From the NCBI RefSeq assembly GCF_018350175.1, contig NC_058368.1, positions 77,502,001 to 77,566,000 on the forward strand: DNA of 64,000 nucleotides, given 5' to 3'. The DNA is from Felis catus. Its lineage: Eukaryota. How positions within the stretch are numbered: the stretch's first letter is position 1; each line of letters opens with the position of its first letter. A program made the position numbers and the translations under genes. Shown here piece after piece: positions 51,602 to 64,000 of the stretch. The notes beneath the pieces are model-generated. The model worked only from the letters and a program-made list of their open reading frames with translations, did no database searches and was not told where the DNA came from.

Positions 51602-53299
51602 ATGGATACTTGGCTTCAAAACAGAAGTATGTATTGAGTTACTTTGATTTTGAACTAAACTATTGGTTGTTTTTTTTTTTTAAATCAAACTTTATCATTT
51701 TAGTTTAGAACCAAACCCTATGGGCATGAAATTCACCCTCATCTGTCAAAATCTGATTATTTAAAGAAACGCTGTTTTAAATGCTTCTGAAAGGTTCTTA
51801 CAGAAGCTACTGGTTATTTCCGTTTCTTCACCAGCCAGTCGGTATTTTGAACTGTCAGTGTAACTTTTGAAAGAAACTTTGAATTCCTTTAAAATGCAAG
51901 AGCTTAAAGAACTGAAGAAAAACGCTTGCCAAAATGTATTCTGAAAATTGTTAAGCAAAATACCGGGAACATTCAAAACATTTTTTTTTAAACATTGCCA
52001 ATTTGGCTCTGCTTCCATTTATGTTTATGTACATTTTCTTATCTAATTTAATAAGACACGAATTAATGGGAAAAAAAACAAAAAAACAAAAAAAAAACCC
52101 CGCACAATATCATCAAATTAATAACAGTCTCCCAAACTGTATTTTCTCTGCCAAGAAACACTGGCAAGCAAGTCCTTGTAATGCATTACACTGCATTTTC
52201 AGTTGTAATCCATTATAGTGTTTATTTTTTCATTTTCTTTCAATGTGTCAGAAGAATAACTACAAGATACCCTGACCTAGTGCCATTAAGAAATAGTTAG
52301 AGTTAAATCTGTTCATAGCTTATTTTTTGTGAGGCTGGTGACCTTCTAGAAGGGTATCTGGTGAAAATTCATCGGTGAGACCAAAGGTCTTCCAAAGCAT
52401 TATGTGTTCCTCCAGGGCGATTAGGAGGGAGAGAAGAGCCAAAGACCAAGGCGCTTCAGTTACTAAAAAGGACGTTTCTCAATTTACTAGTAAAGTAGAA
52501 TCATTGAGATCTTGTACAATTCATCTACCCCAGTCTCGCCGCTCAATCTCTAAAATGACGCATATCACTAAAATTACTTTTGTGTCTAAAACTTTCAGAG
52601 GATATCTGACCCCAGGATATTAAAAAGAGGGGGCAACTTTATCTCTATAATTTTCCCCAAGAACATAGCCAGAAATACCCCAAAAGGCGAGATTTTGGAA
52701 AATGTGACTCATGAGAAGAAAGGGAAGAAAAAAATCAAGCATATCTCAGAACTTCTGTACAAAGGCATAACCGTCAGCACAACCGAGAAAAATCTGAGAG
52801 CAGTCCAGCCTGGGAAAGAAAATGCAAACTTGAGTTAAGCTCATTTACTGCATAATTTCCTACTTTAATAATCAAACTTATTTTTATATTTTAGTGATGA
52901 CTTTTGAAGCTATTTAACAGATGGCAACATGGAACAGACTTAATGAATTATTGCTGAACAGATTATAGCCACATGGATGTGAACTGTGCATACATTAGCA
53001 GAAAAATGAGAAACAGGACACATTTATAAATACCTCTATGGATCCACACAGGTCAGACAATGTTATCCAATTCGCTGAGGAATTACTGAACAATTCCAGG
53101 GAGCCCTTATTACAGTAAAATCCATCTGTTATCCACCCTAACGTAACACGCCCCAAACTAGTCAAAACCTCTTTTATATTTATGCACCAAAGCTTGGGCA
53201 AATTTCACAGATCGGGTTGTGGTTGTGAGTCAAGAAACATGTATTTATCAACACACACACACACATACATATACACACACATACACATACAGACATATA

Positions 53300-53846
53300 T
53301 TTACTTTTTCCATTGAAAGAACCTTAGGCTTACAGAAAAATTACAAAAACAGTACAGAGATTTCACATACACTATTCACCCAGCTTTCCCTAATGGTAAT
53401 AACATACTTAACTTGAGCAAAATTCTCAAAACCAGTAGTTAACTTTGGAATAATACTCTTAAATAAATGTAATAGCTTATTCACACCTACCAGGCTTTCT
53501 ACTCCCCCACCCCGCCCCGCCATCATCTTTTTTTCTGTCCCAGGATCCAAGCCAGCATCCCACACTGCCTTTTGTTATTGTCTGCTCATACTCCCTTCTA
53601 TGTGGAAGAATTCATTCTTCCCTCATCTTTCATGATCTTGGCACTCTGGAGGACTACTGGTTAGTAGTCCTCCCACTCTGGAGGACTACTGGGTCAGTTT
53701 TTTTGTAGAATATCTCTCATATTGGGTTTGCCTGCTAGTTCCTCAAGCTGAGAGGGGTGGTTGGAAAGACGACCACAGAAGTGATCTTTCGCTCCAAGTT
53801 TCAGGCTCCCCTGGTATTTTCCCTGTCCTGCCCCCAAATCAGCCAT

Positions 53847-53885
<39 letters not shown>

Positions 53886-53915
53886 CCCTATTCCTGTTGT
53901 TAGAGAATGACATCT
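53300..53915 (-). mobile_element. Old L1M 3' fragment
   Basis: agaaaaattacaaaaacagtacagagatttcacatac...ttctgtcccaggatccaa...aatcagccatttct. Confidence 0.75.
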
Positions 53916-54310
53916 AGAAAAAGACTACCAAAAAAAAAAAGGAAATTAGGAATTGACAGTGACATTTAAAAGCCAAATATTTACCAAAACCTTGTGAAAC
54001 AATTTTTTTTTTTCTCAAATCAGATACTCACTGTGCTTTCAGTTAATATGAGATGAATTAAACAGCAATGAGTATATTATTAGCTTGTCTGTGTGATTTT
54101 CACATCTAGGTAATTCTATAATGGAAGTCTCAGCCTGAGCCTGAGAGGTTTACGTATACATGTTACTTACTTACACACCACAGGACTGAGACAAACGAGG
54201 CACGTGTGAGTGTGTGTGCCCCCGTGCCTCTGTGTTGGGAGGGCCGGGGTGGGGAGCAGAGCCCAGGTGTCTCCAGTGACAGGTAGGAGTCAGGCAAAAT
54301 GCTCTCAGCC

Positions 54311-54538
54311 TATTTTTTTTTTAATTTCTTTTTTTTTAAGTTTCCTTATTCTGAGAGAGACGAAGACAGCGGGAGTGGGGGAGGAGCAGAGAGAGAGAGA
54401 GAGAGAGAGAGAGAATCCCAAACAGTCTCAGCACTGCCAGCACAGAGCCCGGTGCGGGGCTCGAACTCAGAAACTGTGAGGTCATGACCTGAAACCCAGA
54501 GCCGGACCCTTTAACTGACTGAGCCACTCGGGAACCCC
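54311..54538 (-). mobile_element. CAN-SINE
   Basis: Typical structure; flanking cagccta repeated. Confidence 0.93.
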
Positions 54539-54991
54539 TACTTGCAGCCTAATTTTAAAATGCTTCAGTTATTGGAGGGAAATGATCGTTCTCATTCCAG
54601 AATTGAAGCCGTAACATGAATGCATTCCTGTCAAGTTCCTTGTGAGGGAAAGGAGAGCTACAAAATGTTTTAGATAGATGTTTCTCTACATTCTTGCATT
54701 TTTTTCACTCTGAAAGTGCCAGGCAGGCCCCGTTGGACCCTTGCATGGGCAGCATTGATGTTGGAGAAGAATCGCCTATAGCAGGAAAAAGGTGGTGTTT
54801 CTTAATTCACACGTTACCACCCCCCTCGGGACTCCCTCCCAAAGGTTTGCAGGAACCAGAGGTCCTGCTTGGACAGTATGGGGTTGTGAGTTCCCGAAAT
54901 TTGGACATAGATACCAACTGAGTCCACTCTTACCCACTGCCTGGCAAGGCTTGGGGACCTGAGGGTTACATTATTAAAAGCAATCGCTCTA

Positions 54992-55209
54992 GGGGCGCCT
55001 GGGTGGCGCAGTCGGTTGAGCGTCCGACTTCAGCCAGGTCACGATCTCGCGGTCCGTGAGTTCGAGCCCCGCGTCAGGCTCTGGGCTGATGGCTCAGAGC
55101 CTGGAGCCTGTTTCCGATTCTGTGTCTCCCTCTCTCTCTGCCCCTCCCCCGTTCATGCTCTGTCTCTCTCTGTCCCCAAAATAAATAAAAAACGTTGGAA
55201 AAAAAAAAA
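54992..55209 (+). mobile_element. Young SINEC_Fc-type SINE
   Basis: Perfect TSD aaaagcaatcgctcta. Confidence 0.95.
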
Positions 55210-56379
55210 GCAATCGCTCTAAATAATTAGAAATACCAATTACCCAAAGTTCCTGCTCTGATCATTATTCATGCTGTAGCCCTGCCTTGTGTCTCCATCT
55301 AGTTAGAGAGCTAGCATTAAAATTGATCTAGAAAACTCCAATCGGGGATAACAACATGATATGAATACATTCCTGACATTTACGCCTTGGGCCCAAATTT
55401 TAATCAGATGTGCTTGTAGTTTCATTAAACAAAGTGAGTTATTCACACTGTTGCTTTAATTAAGCTCATTTGGACAATTAGAACGACTCCTAGTAATATT
55501 TGCATTATCTCTAAGTGACAGGAAATGAACATACATGTATACTTCCTTTATTTTTTACCATTTTCAAAGTACCCATAATGGGGGTATGATGAGCTAGAAA
55601 AAATATTGTTTTTGTCTTAAATTTTAAATGTATGCTAAAATTTCACGCCATTTGAATATTTTAACAGTCACCACTTCTTTATTGACAGATCATGGAATAA
55701 AATATGAAAGTATTTCATCTAAATGACAATGAAAAACAATGCAATTGGCTGAATAAATAGCTTATGAGTCGAGTATTCATGATGGCTTACCTCCCACTGG
55801 CAGTTTTAAAATGTACTAGCTAAAATACGGTCCTAACAAGAACAGATTAACTGTTCAAGTATTTATTTTAACAAATCCCCCAAAACTGGAAGGATAAATA
55901 TGCAGAGCAGTGAAAATTCAGGCGCATGTTAAAGAACTTAATTCACATTTTGTAATAAATATTTCTCATATATTCTTAAATCTGTAAGGTTAAAATATCG
56001 CAAAATGGGATGACAGCATTCGGGGTTTGGGATTTCCCTGAATTCTTCTCCTTTTTTTAACACAGTTTGTGATATAAACTCTTTTCCCCTTGTTTACAGA
56101 GTATCTGTAATATTTAACCAAGGCTGCTGGGTTTAGTTCCCTATCCTGATTCTTAAACTCACTTCGGTGGTTCTTGGACTGGCCCCTCCCACCCGCTTCT
56201 AGCCCCTCTCACGTTCCTCACGTTCCTCAAATTCGGTCATTTGCATACTCACTAATCCAAAACCAAGGACCACTGAGTGCTGGGATGTGAAAAATTAAAA
56301 GGTGAAAAGGTAGAAAAACATATAAGGTGATGCTTCCAATATAGTAGGAAATATAAAACAAAGGTAAATTATTGAAATA

Positions 56380-56588
56380 GGGGCGCCCGGGTGGCTCAGT
56401 CAGTTTAGCGTCCGACTCTTGATCTAGGCTCAGGTCATGATCTCACAGTTTATGGGATCGAGCCCTGGCTTTGGGCTCTGTGCTGACAGTGCAAAGACTG
56501 CTCAGGATTCTCTCTCTCTCTCTCTGTCTGCCTCATCCTCACTCATGTTCTCTCTCTCTGTCTCAAAATAAATCAACTTTAAGAAAAA
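56380..56588 (+). mobile_element. CAN-SINE
   Basis: TSD aaattattgaaata. Confidence 0.95.
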
Positions 56589-57351
56589 TTATTGAAATAT
56601 GACACAACCAGCAACATGAGGTAGCACCCTCTCAGCCCTGTCCCCCCCTCCCAAAGTACTATAAAGACAGAAAAACACACGTGTGCTCTGGATTTACCTC
56701 TAAAAAATTATTACTGACTGTGTGAATGTGGAAGGATCCCTCATCTACTTGCTGGCATTGTCCCCATCAAAAGTGAGAGCATTATATGGCATTACATTTT
56801 TATAAACTTATCATTATATACTTATCCTATAAATTACTTCTTAGAGTGAAGTTACTTCCTACCAGTTATGTTATGGCATTATTGTTCTTTAGTTCATTTT
56901 CAAACTTCTTCTGACCACGATTCTTATAGTTTATGTTTAACATTAGGTATTCTTACCTATTCCGCTCAGTTACAATAAACAAATATACAGACAGAGCAAC
57001 AAGAAGCAAATTCTATCGGCAGCGGCAGACCAGCTTTTAAGAGATCAGCACCATGGCCAAGAACAACCAGACAAGTTAAGGGGAAAGTCTACTTTATTGA
57101 CACCATCAGAAAGTTGCCAGGAACGTGAAGATTTGAGAGCCCCAAATCTTAGAAGCATGAGCGGCACAGAGGTGGGCCCTTTACTTAAAACACATTCTTT
57201 CTTACCCATTTTTGCGTGGAAGCATTGCTGGATTACAAGCTGTGGCATAGTGAGCAGAACTGAGCAGTAATTCACGACGGTGGCGCTGTGTGCCAGGTCT
57301 GGGCTGCAGTTTGCCTACTTCTGATCTAGAGCCTCAAATGATCTTCTTTCA

Positions 57352-57519
57352 GGGCGCTGGGGGGGGGGGGGCTCGGTCGGCTAAGCATCTGACTTGGGCT
57401 CAGGTCATGATCTCACGGTTCATGAGTTCAAGGCCCACGTTGGGCTCTGTGCTGGCAGCTCGGAGCCTGGAGCCTGCTTAGGAGTCTGTGTCTCCCTTTC
57501 TCTCTCTGCCTCTCCCCCA

Positions 57520-57555
<36 letters not shown>

Positions 57556-57592
57556 CTCTCTCAAAAATCAATAACATTAAAAACATTTTTTA
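57352..57592 (+). mobile_element. CAN-SINE with poly-G expansion in its head
   Basis: gggcgctg(G)n ctcggtcgg; TSD aaatgatctt. Confidence 0.93.
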
Positions 57593-57739
57593 AAATGATC
57601 TTTTTCTTAATGGACTAAACTTCCATGACATATTCTACATCCTTGACAACACTCACAACCTTCCTTTTTTTTTTTTTTAATCGTTGTTCTTTGTTTTATT
57701 ATAAGCATGCTAGCAGGTACGAAATGGGACAAGATGACG

Positions 57740-58030
57740 GCTTTTGTTCTCATTCTCCTGATGGCCGATGGTGTGAATAATTTTTCTTAACGTTTGTAGA
57801 CCATCGGTACATCTTCGTTGGAGAACGTCTATTCAAGTCCTTTGATCATTTTTGTTGGTCTTTTTGTTGTTGAGTTGTGCGAACTCTTCGCATTCTGGAC
57901 ATTGAATGGTTATCATAAAATTCAAACAGAAATAGCCTGATGAGTTCAAATGAGCAAAACCAGGAGAGAAAATTTCTTGAACTGCACATGTATGTTCTAT
58001 GCACTTTTCTGTAGGTATGTTATATTTCAA
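57740..58030. mobile_element. Old L1M fragments
   Basis: ttggagaacgtctattcaagtcctttgatcatttt (minus strand); tgcacttttctgtaggtatgttatatttcaa (plus-strand 3' end). Confidence 0.6.
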
Positions 58031-60172
58031 AGAAAAATGTAGAAGTGATAAATAAAGACATTTGGGGATTCACACCACAAGTAAAATTATCTTGATTCCC
58101 TCTTTTCTTCCTACTTGACATGCTTGTCATTAGAGATATGGAATCAACATAGTCTGAACTGTTTAAATCTTATTTCTAAAGTTCCTAAAAGCCATGATAC
58201 TGCTGGGCTCAATATCATTCCCTATCTCAGTTATTACAAACTCCCAAGTAGTGTAGTTTCCTTTTCCAATGTGGCCTTTCTGCAGCACAATTACATAACG
58301 CATTATCAGGCTAATCCTTTCTTGATGTTCCAGAGCCATGAAGCATTAGCTGTTCTCTTCAATAAACATTTTTTCTTGTGAACAACTGAATTTCAAAAAA
58401 GGCAACTCAAAATTAACTCAAAATTACGGCAGATACTATCTTTTAAAAGACTGAGATTTTTTTCTAGGAGATCTTCGGATAGTTAAATAGCCTAAACAGG
58501 ACTGTATTTTAAGTAACTGTCTCTCAATTGACTTCTTTATTTTATTTTTCACTGTCAGGATACTTTTGAAAAATAAAACACAGCCTGTTCCTTTGGGTTC
58601 AATTTCCCATTTAAGATTTACAAACAATTTAGAGATATACCCACAGTTTCTTATGGCCATATCATTTTTTTTTTTACCATATCATTGATGTGATTTAAGA
58701 GAGATAGCAATAGTACTTATAATTTTAAAAATCAAATTTGGTTACATTGATATCTTAATAATGCAGATATATACACAGGGGAGCATCATCCTTCTCAAGT
58801 TAGACATAGTATGTTCACATCTGGCTCCCTTCACATGCTTTGACTATTACAACTGGTTCCTTGACATCGAATTTGAGGCGCTAATGGACATTAAGGTATG
58901 AATTTTGGAAATAAATTGAAATTTAGGCCAAAAATTGAAAAATATATTTTTACATTTGGGAGCCATAAATGCAGATGGAACTGTGACAGAGATGAATTTG
59001 CTGAGACCATGCAGAGAGCATAGTAATTGCAGTGTCATGAATTTGCCCTGTACTTTAAGGAATTGTGAGTGTTCACAGTGTTGGACACACATTATCTCAA
59101 CTGCTAGTGACAACAAATCACAGAATTAATGAAAAAAAATGAAAGTGCCCATTTTATAGCTGAAGAGACTGCAGCTTGAGGGGTTTAACGGCATCCACTA
59201 TCAATGTTTAAAATGTGATACAAGACGAGAATTCTTATTTTCTCTTCTTGGTCTACTGCTGCTTAAGAACCTTGAATAATAATTACACTTAGGAGCAGGA
59301 GGAAAATCCAATTAAAGAAAACAGAGTGAAGTGAGAGAGGAGATCCACACATGCCAGTAAGCCAGGGGAACCCAGTGTCAACGAGATGGCAGTGATAAGA
59401 ATGTCACTTTCCAGAGACAGAGGAGGGCCTTGTCAATTTCATAGCTCTATGCAAATGTCATCCTGTATTTATCACTGTTGTTATTATTCCATGAACACAC
59501 TAAACACCTTTAGGTAACTACGAGCACAGGCTAACTCCTGGCAAGTAAATGAAGTTTTCCAAGGTCCTATTGGAAAAGTAAATGGGGAAGTTTTCCAAGG
59601 TCCTATTGCATTTCCTGAATGCAAAATGATAAGAACTCAGATGAAATCCTTCAGCATGCATGGTGATAATTAGCTATTAAACGGAATGCAACTCGGAATT
59701 TTCATACTAATAGTTGGTTGAAAAAAAATCAACCCTCCAATTCAACCCTATGCCCACTTCTCCAATCATAGCCTTACTGAGGCTGGTCATAAGTCTGGTC
59801 GTAAGTCAGCAAATCATACTATGTTGGATAGCCCAGTTAGAAATATGTATTGTATTTCTAACGTGTATCTAGTAATTTCCTTAGGGACCAAAAAAACTAA
59901 AACCAAAAAGAAACAAAACAAAACAAAAAGCATTTTTTCCTCTTTACTGTGTTTAGGTTAATTATATTAAGAAAAGCAATATAACAGGTCATAAAATCTC
60001 ATATTTATTTGTTCCTTATCTAGGTAAAATTTTAGAGCATCAATTGTTTGGGTATAAAAGTGAAATTAAAAAGCTGTTTGTCTATATGTTAGTGAGATTT
60101 TTAAAACAAATAGTATCATTATAGCCATATCCTTCATTTATTTATCCAAATGTTAATTTTATTTATTACAGA

Positions 60173-60364
60173 TTGGGCGGCTCAGTCAGTTAAGTGTCAG
60201 GCTTCAGCTCAGGTCATGATCTCATGGTTTGTGGGTTCGAGCCCCACGTCGGGCTGTGTGCTGACAGCTCAGAGTCTGGAGCCTGCTTCAGATTCTGTCT
60301 CCCTCTCTCTGCCCCTCCCCCACTCACACTCTGTGTCTTTCTCTAAAAATAAATAAACATTAAA
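60173..60364 (+). mobile_element. CAN-SINE
   Basis: Typical body and tail. Confidence 0.93.
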
Positions 60365-60381
60365 CAACAATTCAAAGTCTT

Positions 60382-60517
60382 GGAATGCCTGGGTGGTTCA
60401 GTCAGTTCAACGTCTGACTCTTTATCTCAGCTCAAGTCTTGATTTCGGGGTCGTGAGTTCGAGCCCTGCATTGGGCTCCATGCTGGCTGTGGAGCTTACT
60501 TAAAAAAAAAAAAAAAA
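60382..60517 (+). mobile_element. Short CAN-SINE lacking the (CT)n region
   Basis: tRNA-like head runs straight into cttactt(A)n; TSD tcaaagtctt. Confidence 0.88.
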
Positions 60518-60684
60518 TCAAAGTCTTTTAAACTTATCCCCTGCTCATGCTTTTGATGTTGTCATGAAAGGACAAAACTTGTACCCATGAAAAATTGCAA
60601 TTCTGACACAGAGAAGTTGGTAGAAAGGAGCCTGAATCCTTGATGGCATCGTTGAGTTGCCGACCAACCCATATGTTCTCCCTA

Positions 60685-61170
60685 AACAGCAATGAAAAAG
60701 AATGAAATACTGATACAAGGAGCAATATTGATGAATCTTACATACTTTACATTGAGCACAAGAAGCCAGACACAAAATAAACATATACTGCATATTTCCT
60801 TACATCCAAAAATCTAGAAAAAGCCAAAAATGATAAAATGTGAAAAATGTAAAAACTGGGGAGTAATAAGGGAGAAACATTTTGGAAGAGAAAATGTTCT
60901 ATGCTGTGAAAAAGTGTAGATTACATGCGTATATCCATTGTCCAAATTGCATCGCTAAGATGCATGCATTTTGATGTTTATAATTTTTACCTAAAAAATA
61001 GTAAAAACAGTAACAAATTAAGCAGGGGTATGGGAAGCGGGTAGAGGTATGGATGAAATAAGAATGCCAAGATATTAATAACTGCTGAAGTTAGGTGATG
61101 CGCATGTGGGGATTCATTATTCTTACCCTTTGTATATGTTTGAGATTTTCCAAAATTATACATTAAAAAA
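60685..61170 (+). mobile_element. Old L1MC/ME-like 3' fragment
   Basis: cagcaatgaaaaagaatgaaatactgatac...agaagccagacacaaaa...gtatatgtttgagattttccaaa. Confidence 0.75.
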
Positions 61171-61644
61171 TTAAAAATCATTAAATATTAAATAACGAAA
61201 AGTGAAGTAAAATTAAAAAGTTAAAAACTATGAATTAAACTATCATCTCAAAGTAATTACTCATTATATCCAAAAAAGTTTTTTTTTTTTTTTCCTCATT
61301 AACTTCCTTGAAAATAAAGAGAAACCACTAGACAGGCCTGCCAATAAGAAACAAACAAAAACATCCACGGTGTGACCTCTCACACTGACATCAGATCGCT
61401 ATTGGAACACGGTTGTAGAAATGAGTCACAAAGGTTCTCCATCACCCATCTGTCGCAGACACACCATATAGCAATGGCCATATCGAATAGCCACAGTAGA
61501 TGGCTGTAGCACAGTGAAATCCTCTAGCAACAGTGGACCCAAAGTCAAAGCTCACTACCATGTGTGAATAATGGCGATGATTTTGTTACACTTCAGTGTC
61601 AGTGATGACCCGGTAACCAGGATGAAATCTGGTATTTCAAAGAT

Positions 61645-61782
61645 TTGCAAACACTTAGAAATGCTGAGAAATGCAAGTTCCCAGGCTGCACACCACTAAA
61701 TCAGACCTTCTAGGGAGGAGCCCTTGGAGTTGTCAAAGCACCCCAAATGATATCAATATGCAGCCAAGTTGGAGAACCAGTA
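61645..61782. mobile_element. MER5A-like fragment
   Basis: agaaatgcaagttcccaggctgcacacc...atgcagccaagttggagaaccagt. Confidence 0.6.
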
Positions 61783-62107
61783 GCTTGGAACTTCTGTCCT
61801 GCTTTATGTCCTTTCCCCTCTTACTAATCAGAAAGAAAGTCCTGCTTTCTGTTGTTTGCCATGACAACAAAAAATGATTACCTACGTTAAGAAAACGCAT
61901 ATTTCTGGGGCCAGAGATGGGAGGACAGAGAGAGGAAGTGAAAAGTGGTGGTTTAGTTGATTCAGTTTGGGCACTAACTTCAGGCTAGCAGACCTGAACT
62001 GGGTAGAATACACTCACTTCGAGGGAGGATCAGTTTTCTTGATTAGTTTGATTCCTTTGGATTATGTTTACATGATTCTCTCTCTCTTTTTCAAAAAAAA
62101 AAAAATG

Positions 62108-62297
62108 TTTATTTATCTTAGAGAGAGTGAGCACAAGTGAGGGAGGGGTGGAGAGAGAGGGAGAGAGAGACAATCCCAAGCAGGCTCCGTGCTGTCAGCG
62201 CACAGCCCAATGTAGGGCTCGATCCCACCACCCTGCGATCATGGCCTGAGCAGAAATCAAGAGTCGGATGCTTAACCAACTGAGTCACCAGGTGCCC
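62108..62297 (-). mobile_element. CAN-SINE
   Basis: Typical structure. Confidence 0.93.
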
Positions 62298-64000
62298 TAC
62301 ATAATTTTCTTTTTATTTAAAGAAAAAGCTGTTGGAGCTATAATGGCAGACATTCAATCTGATCACAGAAAATTAAGCAAGCTTCAGTCTTGGACCCCCA
62401 TTGTGCTTCCTCAATCTCTGCTGCAGGAGAAGATAGTCCATTCACCCTTGAGCCGCTGAGAGAATTAGGATTCTTTAACCCAAATAGAATGGTTTTATGT
62501 CCAACGGCCAAGAAGAAATCTTCATTCACTTTATACTAATATTTTCAGGGGACACATAAACTTGCTATGATTAATGATTGTAGGCAGTTAATTACTTAGA
62601 AGTGATATATTACACTGTAACCTACGATGAAATTTATAACTATCATTAATGATATTGTGATTGTCTTCTAAGACACAGTTGGTATTATGAAATATGTCAT
62701 CTTGCATTCTTGGTATAACAGTAATGTGGGGGGTAATAAATACAGTAATTGTGCTGCTAATGCCATTGCTTTTCTACATTATGTGTTGCCTGGGGAAGCA
62801 CTGGGAATACCACTAGATTTCCGCAACCCATTTCCTCGATTTTTTCCTCTCCCTTTTAGCTATGCTCTCCTTTACCGTATTCCTTTAGGGTCCATAACAA
62901 TCATAACTAAAACTTTAAAAAGGAACTGAGAAATATTTGTAGCAATATGAAAGGTTACCACTAATTTCCCATGAATCATAAACAAGGAGACACTCTAAGT
63001 TTCCAAAAATTAATGGACATGAAATGATTATTTGAGGCAAGGGAAATAGAGGCACCCGGTCATTCGATGATTGAGAAAATATTCAACCTTCATTGCTTTT
63101 AAACTGAATCTAAGTGTTCTCTTTCTCCCCAACAGAAAGTTACAAAAATTAACAAATCCCACCGCAGTATTGGTGCAACCAGCACTCTTGAGACATGGCG
63201 GGTGAACGTCACCGGGTATGCTCTTTGGGAAAGTGATTTGCAATACATGTTAGGGAATTTTTAATGCGCAAACCTTTGATCTGCTAGCTCTACTTTTGGA
63301 AATCTTTCCTAAAAAAAATCAATCCCAAATCTGAAAACTATTTATTAACTAACAGATTTATTGCAAAATTACTTACATGAGCAAAAAAGTGGGCTGCCAG
63401 AGCAGGGATGCCCCGTAAACTTTTTCCCAAGCCAATCCCCACTCCTTCCTTCCTCTCTCTTCCTGAGTCACCTGCCTCTTCAGACTTGAATTCTGCCATA
63501 TCTGGCCATTTTTTAATTCTCATAAATAGTTTGAGGTGCTGACTTTATTTGACATCTAATTCAATTTAAGGCAGTTAGGCTACAGACCAAATATGTCCTG
63601 TCTTTTTGTGTATCTCTTACAACAGCATGGCTCTGATCGAAATGTGTCTATTACTTAACTCTCCTCTGCACTATCCAGGGAGTTCACTGTGGTTGAGTTA
63701 CCGTCTTATTCACTGCTGCATCTGCGTAAACCATCAGTTTCACCAACAGGCTGATGAGTGAACGAACAGCACGGGCATGAGCAAGAGAAGCTCTTCGTTC
63801 AGTAAAATGCTTTCTCTGTATACAGAGACGGTTAGCAACCACAGACCAGAGCAAAGTGGTCTCCAGGATGATGGTTCTCCTCGCATCTGGAGTTTTGGAC
63901 CACTTGAGTTACGTCCAGAGATGCTCCTGCTTCGAAATGCCAAAGACCATGATCGCTCTCACTGCACATTACTCAGAGCTCTGCAAAGAAGACTCGGACG

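Noticed and set aside
2776..55222. Recurring ORF family (GAPGWRSRLSVRLQPGHDLAVREFEPRV...; AQVMISRF...LEPASDSVSPSLS) that looks like a multicopy peptide family
   Set aside because: These are translations of CAN-SINE copies in different frames, not genes.
56029..56038. Perfect kB consensus GGGATTTCCC
   Set aside because: An isolated 10-mer with no supporting cluster, plausible by chance in 64 kb.
855..62297. tRNA-like A/B boxes (tggctcagtcgg, gttcgagccc) and regularly recurring repeats
   Set aside because: They are SINE heads followed by (CT)n and A tails. They are not cloverleaf tRNA genes, and there is no repeat-spacer periodicity of a CRISPR array.
1..64000. Endogenous retroviral coding region, non-retroviral viral insert, numt or processed pseudogene
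   Set aside because: No gag/pol/env, viral, mitochondrial or mRNA-like ORF was recognised and only solo MaLR LTRs are present. Very decayed relics cannot be excluded without TBLASTN.

Overview
Mammalian nuclear DNA from a cat-family (felid) genome, judged from about 37 carnivore tRNA-derived CAN-SINEs (seven of them near-identical young SINEC_Fc-type copies) and a felid-type L1 3' end with target-site duplication (TSD). The rest is older eutherian repeat debris (MLT1 LTRs, L2, CR1/L3, L1M, MER3/5/53/63/81, MADE2), microsatellites and unique non-coding DNA. I recognise no protein-coding exon, tRNA, rRNA, CRISPR array or endogenous virus. Almost all ORFs in the supplied track are SINE or microsatellite translations or chance ORFs, and I cannot name a host gene. 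The window looks intergenic or deep intronic. It has a motif-rich, possibly regulatory first 16 kb and splice-signal evidence for one or two spliced non-coding transcripts that may converge near 15 kb. The best-supported unusual observations are DNA-repair or replication scars: a 97-bp templated copy inside a TA/CA microsatellite, two duplication-plus-fold-back junctions, and a duplicated mini-palindrome. Nested inverted SINE pairs, recurrent poly-G birth in SINE heads and an ORF1-ORF2 fused L1 relic are also visible. I find no support for a new biological system. Repeat family names come from recalled consensus sequences, not a database search, and boundaries are approximate.
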